Shown one piece after another: positions 53,584 through 64,000 of a stretch of 64,000 nt of DNA (its first letter is position 1; each line of letters begins with the position of its first letter). A program made the translations under genes and the position numbers. Source of the stretch: Octopus vulgaris (taxonomy: Eukaryota); NCBI GenBank assembly GCA_951406725.2, contig OX597827.1, positions 16,368,001-16,432,000 of the forward strand, read 5' to 3'. The notes under the pieces are model-generated. The model did not search any database and was not told the DNA's origin. It was given only the letters and a program-made list of their open reading frames with translations.

Positions 53584-53848
53584 TATAAAGTCATAAATGA
53601 CAGCGAAATAGTTTGATGAAATTTAATTTAATAATAAGAAAATTCAAATATTACAACAAATTGTTTCGTAACTTAAAAACATGTGAATGATTTATACTAT
53701 TATATTTAATAATGCAAAATACAAAAAAATCTTTCAAAACAATGCTGTCAAGATTTTAAGTTACGAAACAATTTGTCCATGATATTTGAATTTTCTTATT
53801 GTTAAATAAAATTTCATCAAACTATTTGTCTGTCATTTATGATTTTAT
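53584..53848. repeat. Inverted repeat (about 95-bp arms) with decayed hammerhead at 53742-53780
   Basis: 53584-53678 vs 53754-53848; atg-CTGTCAA-g..c-GAAA-CAATTTG-TC-cat. Confidence 0.8.
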
Positions 53849-53959
53849 ACACACCGTATCGTCTCCTCATGTATCGGACCATACATTCTATATGTTTTGT
53901 AGAATGATACACGAAGGAGTGTTCTATTAGAGTATTACCGGATTACTTGAATCCATATC

Positions 53960-54392
53960 TTTTACTTGTATCTCTCATGAGACTGCGGCCATGCTGGGGT
54001 AGTGCTGTGAAGGATTTTTAGTCGAATAAATCAACCCCAGTATATATATTTAAAAAAAAACCTGGTACTTATTCTATCATTCTGTTATTGCCAAACCGCT
54101 ATGTTACGGGGACGTAAGCACACCAACACCGGTTGCCAAGCGGTGGTGGAGGACAAACACAGATGCAAAGACATACACGTCTTCCTTCTCTCTCTCTCTC
54201 TCTTATACACGCACGTACACACACACACATACATAATATACGACGGGCTTCTTTCAGTTTCCGTGTACCAAATCCACTCACAAGGTTTTGGTCAGCCTGA
54301 AGCAATAGTAGAAGACACTTGCTCAAAGTGCCATGCAGTGGGACTGAACCCGGAACCACGTGGTTGGGAAGCAAGCTTCTTACCACACAGCT
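53960..54392 (-). mobile_element. SINE family B
   Basis: Identity to other B copies. Confidence 0.82.
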
Positions 54393-54889
54393 ACGAACTC
54401 TGTACACTCGATATAGACTGCATGCTACAGGATTAAGTGGCGGATTGGCAGCTTTTTTTCTGGAGGTGTATGATAAAATGCTTATTGGTATTCGTTCCGA
54501 CTGTTTGCAGCCTGAGTTCAAATCCAGCAGAGGTCAACGTTGCCTTTCACTTTTTGGGTGTTCGATAAAAAATAAAAAAAATGAAAAGCAAACAAAAAGA
54601 CTAAAAAGCCATTCAATCAAAGTTGGTTGATGAACTGGACTGTTATAGTTCGAAGCCTTGCGGTTAGTAATCATTTTTGGCTCTTTGCAATTTGAAAGGA
54701 ATATCTGTGACGACATTTGGAGCCAGGATGTGTTGAGGGAAGCCGGCGGCCTTTCCTTTGTATGAGCATTGTTGGCCAGGAGACGGGGAGAAATGATGCA
54801 TAAGCAAGTGCTACTCTTCCCTAGAAAGCCATCACCGACAGAGATCCTAAAATCACGTCCCAAATATATTATATATATTTTTTTTTTTT

Positions 54890-55510
54890 GTACTTGTTTC
54901 AGTCATTTGACTGCGGCCATGCTGGAGCACCGCCTTTAGAGTGGTGAAAGAGTACAGCAGGGATCACCACCATCCCCTGCCGGAGCCTCGTGGAGCTTTT
55001 AGGTGTTTTTCGCTCAATAAACACACACAACGCCCGGTCTGGGAATCGAAACCGCGATCCTCCGACCGCAAGTCCGCTGCCCTAACCACTGGGCCATTGC
55101 GCCTCCACATATATCATATTCTTTTATTATTTTACTTGTTTCAGTCATTTGACTGCGGCCATGCTGGAGCACCGCCTTTAGTCGAGCAAATCGAACCGAG
55201 GACTTATTCTTTGTAAGCCTAGTACTTATTTCTATCGGGGTCTTTTGCCGAACCGCTAAGTTAAGAGGACGTAAACACACCAGCATCGGTTGTCAAGCGA
55301 CGATGGGGGATAATCACACACACACACACACACAGACTCACGCACGCAAACACACACACAAACACGCACACACACACACACACACACACGACGGGCTTCT
55401 TTTCAGTTTCCGTCTAGCAAATCCACTCACAAGGCTTTGGTCGGTCCGAGACTATAGTAGAAGGCACTTGCGCAAGGTGCCACGCAGTGGGACTGAACCT
55501 GGAACTATGT
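54890..55510 (-). mobile_element. B tail + C head (54941-55108) + B SINE (55118-55510)
   Basis: Identity to other copies. Confidence 0.8.
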
Positions 55511-55675
55511 ACACAATTTGTAATTTACCTCTCCTTTAACATCTCAAATGCAAAATCTCTTTCCTGAAGACGGAGGCTCGTCTAATCCTATGATGGAATC
55601 AACATACAAACATTATTACGGACCACCAAGCCCACAGAAACAGCTGTGGATTTCTAATTGTTTTCCTTCACCCAA

Positions 55676-56075
55676 GGCGGCGAGCTGGTAGAATCGTTAG
55701 CGCGCCGGGCGAAATGCTTAGCGGTATTTCGTCTGCCGCTACGTTCTGAGTTCATATTCCGCCGAGGTCGACTTTGCCTGTCATCCTTTCGGGGTCGATA
55801 AATTAAGTACCAGTTACGCACTGAGGTCGATGTAATCGACTTAATCCCTTTGTTTGTCCTTGTTTGCCCCCTCTATGATTAGCCCCTTGTGGGTAGTAAA
55901 GAAATAGGTATTTCGTCTGCCTCTACGTTCTGAGTTCAAATTCCGCCGAGGTCGACTTTACCTTTCATCCTCTCGGGTTCGATAAAATAAGTACCAGTTG
56001 CACATTGGGGTCGATCTAATCGACTTAATCCCCGCCCCCAAATTTTGGGTCTTTTGCCTAGAGTAGAAAAGAATT
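55676..56075 (+). mobile_element. SINE family A dimer
   Basis: Same structure as 3411-3812. Confidence 0.88.
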
Positions 56076-56133
56076 TTTTCCCTTCACCCCTTTAATTCTC
56101 CGTATCATTTGTACTCTGTGTAAGTTGGACCTT

Positions 56134-56202
<69 letters not shown>

Positions 56203-56206
<4 letters not shown>

Positions 56207-56510
56207 AGGCGCAATGGCCCAGTGGTTAGGGCAACGGACTCGCGGTTGTAGGATCGCGGTTTCGATTCCCAGACCGGGCGTTGTGAGTGTTTATTGAGCG
56301 AAAACACCTAAAACCCCACGTTGCTCCGGCAGGGGATGGGTGGTGACCCCTGTTGTACTTTCGCTACAACATTCTCTCACTCTTCTGTCGGCCTGCTCGT
56401 TTAGCCAGCTGGGTGGCGTCATTTGAAAGCTAAAACAATGCGAAGCGCATTGTGACCAGCGATGTGTAGCAACATCTGATAGTCTGGTTGGTCACGATGA
56501 TCACGGTGAT
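56203..56510 (+). mobile_element. SINE family C with tail iii
   Basis: Matches 62245-62562. Confidence 0.88.
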
Positions 56511-56609
56511 ATACATGTCATCGACGACAGCAGCATAGACAACAACAAATTCCAGTAGTTGTAGACATTACAACAACAACGACAAGAATAACAGCAACCC
56601 TTTCTTCTA

Positions 56610-57072
56610 TAGGCACAAGGCTCGAAACCTTGTGGCTATAAGAAACCGTGCTAATCGGTTACATCGACCCCAGTACTTAACTGGTATTTAAGCGGCGAGC
56701 TGGCAGAATCATTAGCACGCTGGCCGAAATGCTTAGCGGTATTTCGGCTGCCGTTACGTTTCTGAGTTCAAATTCCGCCGAGGTCGACTTTGCCTTTCAT
56801 CCTTTCGGGGTCGATAAATTAAGTACCAGTTACGTACTGGGGTCGATATAATCGATAATCGATTTAATCCGTTTGTCTGTTCTTGTATGTCCCCTCTGTG
56901 TTTAGCCCCTTGTGGGTAGTAAAAAATAGGTATTTATTTTATCGACCCCCGAAAGAATGAAAGGCAAAGTGCGACCGCGGTAGAATTTGAACCCAGAACT
57001 GTAAAGAGCCGGAGGTAATGTTGCCTAAGCATTGTGTCCGGTGTGCTAACAATTCTACCAGTTCTCTGCCTT
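56610..57072. mobile_element. Family A (+, 56691-56935) nested in an older antisense family A copy
   Basis: GGTATTTA at 56683-56690 and 56929-56936. Confidence 0.8.
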
Positions 57073-58700
57073 AAGAAGAATAAGAATAAGAATAAGAAGA
57101 AGAAGAAAAGAAGAAGATGAAGGAGAAGAAGAAGAAGAAGAAGAAAAGAAGATGAAGAAGGAGGAGGAGGAGAAGAAGGAGAAGAAGAAGAAAAGAAGAA
57201 TAAGAAGATGATGAAGGAGGAGGAGGAGAGAGAAGAAGAAGAAGAAGAAGGAGAATAATAATAATAAGAAGAAGAAGAAGAAGGAGAAGAAAAGAAGAAG
57301 AAGATGAAGAAGGAGGGAGAGGAGGAGAAGAAGAAGAAGAAAAACAACAACAACAGCAACATCAAGAACAACAGCAGCAGCAGCAACAATAACAACAACA
57401 ACAACAAACAACCGCAGCAGCAGCAGCAGCAGCAGCAGCAACTTCAAACTTCATCCTAATCATCAACAACAGCAAATGACAAAGAAACATTACAAATTCC
57501 ACTACAACACCAGCAGCAGCAGCAGTAACAATAGCAACAACAACAACAATAAACAGAATAGTAACAACAACAACAACAACAGATAAAAGGCAGCAAATGA
57601 CAATTTATAGCTAAAAAGAAAAAAGAAGAGAACAATATCAAGAAGAACCGCCAGAATAGAAGCGACGGTAGAACGACAACAACAACAACCTTAGCGACAA
57701 CAACTACAACAACAGCGATATATACCACCACCAACACCACCATCATCATCACCACCACCACCACCACCACCACCACCACCACCACCACCACCACCACCAC
57801 CACCACCACCACCACCACCACCACCACCACCACCACCACCACCACCATTACCACCACTACAACCACCACCACCACCACAACCACCACCATCATCACCACC
57901 ATCATCACCACCACCACCACCACCACCAGCAACAACAGCAACAACAACAACAACAACAACAACAGCAAAAGGGAACATCGGTAACAACAAAAACAGTAAC
58001 AGCTGCAACAACAATTACCGAAGCATTTATTGCAACAACAACAACAACAACAACGGTTAGAAGAACCACCACCACCACCACCAACAACAACAACAACCAC
58101 CACCACCACCTCCACCAGAACCACCTCCACCACAACCGCCACCACCACCACAACCGCCACCACCACCACCACAACCATCACCACCACCACCACCACCACC
58201 ACCACAACCACCACACCACCACCACCACCACCACCACCACCACCACCACCGCCACCCACCACCACCACTACTACCATCACCACCACCACCACCACCACCA
58301 CCACAACCACCACACCACCACCACCACCACCACCACCACCACCACCACCACCACCACCACCACCACCACCACCACCACCACCACCACCACCACCACCACC
58401 ACCACACCACCATCACCGCCGCCACAACCACCACACCACCACCACCACCACCACCACAACCACCACCACCACACCACCACCACCTACCACCTACACCACC
58501 ACAACCACCACCACCATCAAAAATATCAACAACAACAACAACAACAACAGCAGCAACAGCAGCAACACGAGCAGCAGCAGTGGCAACTGCAACAACAGCA
58601 GCAGTGATAAGAGCATCATCAGCAGCAGCAGCAAAATCAGCAGCAGCAGCGGCGGCGGACGCAACAGCAGCACAATCAGCAGTCGGCATAGAAGCAGTGC
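57073..58700. repeat. Large compound trinucleotide array (GAA/CAA/CAG/CAC)
   Basis: Direct observation. Confidence 0.97.
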
Positions 58701-58977
58701 AACTTTGGACTTTACACCGCCAACACCAGCGACTGAGGCAGCAGCACCACCACCGGCAGCTGGTGCTGCACAAATACCTGCAGCTAGGGATACGTTGAAC
58801 GTTGGAAACAGGTATGTACAAATCACTTGTATACACACACATAATACATATACATACATATACATACATACATACATACATACATACATACATACATACA
58901 TACATACATACATAGACTCATGCACTTACATATATGTATGTTTGTATGTTTGAATGTATGTATATATGTGTTTATAA

Positions 58978-59069
<92 letters not shown>

Positions 59070-59190
59070 GTATATGTAAATATATAAGTGTATTTATAGA
59101 CATGTGTATCCATCGATCTATCGAACTTTATGTAGATATGTATTTTGCATGAAGATCTATCTATCTATCTATCTATCTATCTATAAATGC

Positions 59191-59247
<57 letters not shown>

Positions 59248-59405
59248 TATATATATCTATTTATATATATATCTATTTACATATACTTGTTGCTATACTT
59301 CTTGACTATATGTTGATAGTTGATGTTTGTATCGATAAACATATACAGTATACACAGATTGTTCTATAAACACACACACACACACAAACACATATATGCA
59401 CATAT

Positions 59406-59436
<31 letters not shown>

Positions 59437-59721
59437 GAGTGTTGTTTCTGCTTAAAAAAAAAAAAACAACAACCAAAGATTAAAAGAGAAACGAGAAAAG
59501 ACCGCGATATAATTCAAATTATAAAATGCTTAGTTGCAGAGTAAAAACATATTCCTCGAAACAAAAACAGGAAAAAAAGAAAGAAAAAAAAGAAAAAGAA
59601 AAAAAAAGAAAAAAGACAAAACAACTCCAACGAATCTTACAAGACTCGTCTTATTTCTTTCAGTACAAAAATTCTTTGTGTGTGTTTGTGTGCGAGTTCT
59701 TGCCTGCGTGCGTGTGGCCGA

Positions 59722-59795
<74 letters not shown>

Positions 59796-59935
59796 GATTA
59801 ATCAGCCGAAATTGCTAAGATGATCTGGTTCTTGACTGATGACTGAGGGCTTCGAATGTCCCGTCCTGTGGTTCTTGTGTCGTCTCTGTGGTGTTTCATG
59901 TTCTTGTCCATGTCTGTAATTATTTTTACTGTTTA

Positions 59936-60014
<79 letters not shown>

Positions 60015-60271
60015 GTGTGTATGTATGTATGTATGTATGTATGTATTTTATGTATATAAACCGAAAGGCCTCAATGCGGTCAGTTGTTATTTAAGTGTCA
60101 GTTTATTTATCTCTCAATCTATCCCTCCATCTTTCTATCTATCAATCTATCTATCTATCTCGAAAACCAAACCCCCTTCTTTTACCCCCAAAAGAAAAGC
60201 TCTACCTTGTAATTTTGTCCTGTCTGTGTGCAGCCCTGTGTGGCTAATAAAGAAACATATCTATCTATCTA

Positions 60272-60341
<70 letters not shown>

Positions 60342-60387
60342 AATCTACCTATCTATCTGTCTGTCTGTCTATCTCTCTCTCTCTCTG

Positions 60388-60436
<49 letters not shown>

Positions 60437-61007
60437 GTCTATCTGTCTGTCTGTCTGTCTGTCTGTCTTTCTGTCTGTCTGTCTTTCTGCCTGTCTGTCT
60501 GTCTGTCAATCTATCCATCCATCTATCTATCCATCTATCATCTATCTATCTATCTATCTACCTGCCTGTCTGTCTGTCTGTCTGTCTGTCTGTGTCTATC
60601 TATCTGCTCATTCTTTTGGTCTGTTTACTGGTCTCGGTCATTAGACTGCGACCATGTCAGGGCAGAGTTTTCAAGGACTTAGTTGCTGATAACCGACCCA
60701 GTACTTATATTTACATCGTCATCCATTTGTCGCGCCTCTACGTCACAGGATGTAAAAGGAGTACATGCTTAGCTGGCACACATTTGCAGTGACACACACA
60801 ATTACACACACACACCCACACACATACACACACACACGCATACACACGCATACACAGACATACACAACCACATTACACATACACACAAATGCACACACAA
60901 ATATAAACACTCAAAGACACGCATATTGCTTGTATTGAAATGACTATATGTATCTTTGTGTACACACGTGTATATATATATTTATATATATGTATATATA
61001 TATATAA

Positions 61008-61163
61008 TAGGCTGTGTGGTAAGTAGCTTGTTTACCAACCACATGGTTCCGGGTTCAGTCCCACTGCGTGGCACCTTCGGCGAGTGTCTTCTACTATAGC
61101 CTCGGGCCGACCAAAGCCTTGTGAGTGGATTTGGTAGACGGAAACTGAAAGAAGCCCGTCGTA

Positions 61164-61215
<52 letters not shown>

Positions 61216-61427
61216 TTTGTGTGTCTGTGTTTGTCCCCCTAGCATTGCTTGACAACCGATGCTGGTGTGTTTATGTCCCCGTTACTTAGCGGTTCGGCAA
61301 AAGATACCGATAGAATAAGTACTGGGCTCACAAAGGAATAAGTCCCGGGGCCGAGTTGCTCGATTAAAGGCGGTGCTCCAGCATGACCGCTGTCAAATGA
61401 CTGAAACAAGTAAAAGAGTAAAAGAGT
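61008..61427 (+). mobile_element. SINE family B
   Basis: Identity to other B copies. Confidence 0.88.
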
Positions 61428-61671
61428 ATACATATACAAATATATATATATGCCTCTCTCAAACTATGTATACACACACACACACACACATAGATACATA
61501 TATATATGTATTTATAGGCCTACTGGAATTCTGTCATTGTCCACGTCTTCCCCAGTCAGTTATTGATTTATAAAGTTTCCAGGGGGGACATTCCTGGTGT
61601 CAAATTTTAGCGGTTGTCGTGGGCCTGCGAACACCATGGGGCATTGCAACTTGTCCAGACCCGGAAAACAC

Positions 61672-61733
<62 letters not shown>

Positions 61734-61871
61734 CATACACAGACACAGACACAGACACACACACACACACACACACACACACATTTCCAAATATGCATGT
61801 GCATACGCACATAAACGCACACAGACATACACACACGAGAGAGAGAGAGAGAGTGAGAGAGAGAGAGAAAG

Positions 61872-61914
<43 letters not shown>

Positions 61915-62044
61915 AAGAAAGAGAGAGAAAGAGAGTATGTGCGTATGTATGTCTATATAATCGACACACAATACACATAGTCTCATATACATGTACACTT
62001 ATGTAATGTTTGGTTATATGTATATATACATGTGTATGTATATA

Positions 62045-62103
<59 letters not shown>

Positions 62104-62125
62104 GCATATATATGTGCGTTTACAT

Positions 62126-62161
<36 letters not shown>

Positions 62162-62201
62162 GCATATATATATATATATGCATATATATATATATATGTG
62201 C

Positions 62202-62244
<43 letters not shown>

Positions 62245-62248
<4 letters not shown>

Positions 62249-62562
62249 CGTGATCACCGTAACCGGCCAGGCTATGAAATGTTGTTACACATTGCTGGTC
62301 ACAATGCGCTTCGCATTGTTTTAGCCTTCAAATAACGCCCCCCCTCCGACGCTGGATAAGCGAGCAGGCCAACAGAGGAAAGAGTGAGAGAAAGTTGTAG
62401 CGAAAGAGTACGGCAGGGATCGCCACTATCCCCTGCCAGAGCCTCGTGGAGCTTTAGGTGTTTTCGCTCAATAAAGACTCACAACACCTGGTCTGGGAAT
62501 CGAAACCGCGGTCCTACGACCGCGAGTCCGCTGCGCTAACCACTGGGCCATTGCGCCTCCAC
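62245..62562 (-). mobile_element. SINE family C with tail iii
   Basis: C head; tail ends TACGGTGATCACGGTGAT. Confidence 0.88.
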
Positions 62563-62708
62563 ACACACACACACACACACACACATATAAAATGGATGGC
62601 TAATATAACTGTTCTGCACATACAATAACAACAAACCAACCTAACACACCTCCATTTGTGTGTATATAAATATGTATATGCATATGTTTATGAATGTATG
62701 TGTAGACA

Positions 62709-62761
<53 letters not shown>

Positions 62762-62774
62762 ACACATATAAATA

Positions 62775-63243
62775 TATGTATGTAAGTATGTATGTATGTA
62801 TGTATGTATGTACGTACGTATGTATGTATGTATGTATGTATGTATGTATGTATGTATGTACGTATGTACGTACGTATGCATGTATGCATGTATGTATGTA
62901 TGTATGTATGTACGTACGTACGTACGTATGTATGCATGTATGTATGTATGTATGTATGTATGTATGCTTGTATGCATGTATGCATGTATGTATGTATGTA
63001 TGTATGTATGTATGTATGTGTGTATGTATGTATGTGTGTATATATGTATGTATGTGTGTATGTATGTATGTATGTATGTATTTATGTGTGTGTATGTATG
63101 TATGTATGTATGTATGTATGTATGTATGTATGTATGTATGTATGTGTGTATGTATGTATGTAAGTATGTATGTGTGTATGTGTGTATTTATGTATGCATG
63201 CATGTATGTATGTATGTATGTATGTATGTATGTATGTATGTAT
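62775..63243. repeat. (TATG)n microsatellite
   Basis: Direct observation. Confidence 0.97.
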
Positions 63244-63920
63244 AAGTTACATTTATTAACGAGAAGAAAGATCAGGATGTGTGTTTATACGCTTCTGAAA
63301 GGCATCAGTGATATCAAGAAATCTGTTGTGATTCAGGAATTGAAACCGGCTCTTTAGATTCGTCTTGAACGCATTCCTTATCGCACAGCCTCTTTATACA
63401 TTGCACACACACACACACACGTGCGCACACACACACGCACACACACAGTTATGTGCCCCTTACACATGCAATCACATGCAATTGAACATACAGTAGATCC
63501 CAGACATCTTGCATATGGAATACACAAATGCACGAGCGCACACTCCCACACACGCACGAGTGCGCACACACACGCACACATATATATGTATGCATATGTA
63601 GATGTATTTATGAATGACAGGATAATAAAAGGGATATAGTACTAAGGGTCGTAAGACCGCTGTGAATAAAAGCGGTAAGGCTTGCCCAACAAGGGCAGTG
63701 GATACGGTAAGACCAGACCTTCAAAGTGAACCCCCCGTCCTTGAAGGAACTCCAGAACACTGAGCAGGAAAATTTGTCCTTCCTTCTGTGTGCTACCGTT
63801 GATCTCTTGTCAACCTCATGTTTTCTTTAAAGTCTGGGCCAAAGGAGAAGACCTATTCTGCAAGCAGTGAAGTGCAACTCCTTGCATCTTGATTCATATT
63901 TTGACCGGTTTCTCTAAACT

Positions 63921-64000
63921 AGTATTTCCCAACCTTTTCACAGTGGTTCCCAAAAGTGGTTCCCAGATCCCTTTATTTAAATGAATTTTCCCACGGAGGC
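63921..64000 (+). mobile_element. Possible hAT/Charlie-type terminal inverted repeat start(s)
   Basis: TAGTATTTCCCAACCTTTT and CAGTGGTTCCCAAA; partner end would lie outside the window. Confidence 0.35.

Overview
Repeat-saturated, AT-rich eukaryotic DNA, intronic or intergenic. The SINE complement and microsatellite density suggest an octopus or other coleoid cephalopod (inference). I found no intact protein-coding gene; nearly all long ORFs in the track are translated microsatellites or SINEs. The window holds about 45 copies of four tRNA-headed SINE families, here called A-D, that swap heads, central domains and tails. It also holds decayed Penelope-like elements (PLE, RT + GIY-YIG), R4/Dong-like and RTE LINE remnants, Helitron ends, a mariner-derived MITE and large simple repeats. 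The most interesting signal is a set of small self-cleaving ribozyme motifs. One is a fully canonical minimal type I hammerhead (43474-43520, minus). Two variant hammerhead families are each supported by a second copy, and several decayed hammerheads are present. A twister-like motif sits at the 5' end of an RTE-type leader (44346-44429, minus). Most hammerhead-bearing fragments lie within or next to (TA)n tracts, and some form outward-facing inverted repeats. All folds and alignments were read by eye and no activity is demonstrated. SINE and remnant boundaries are approximate.
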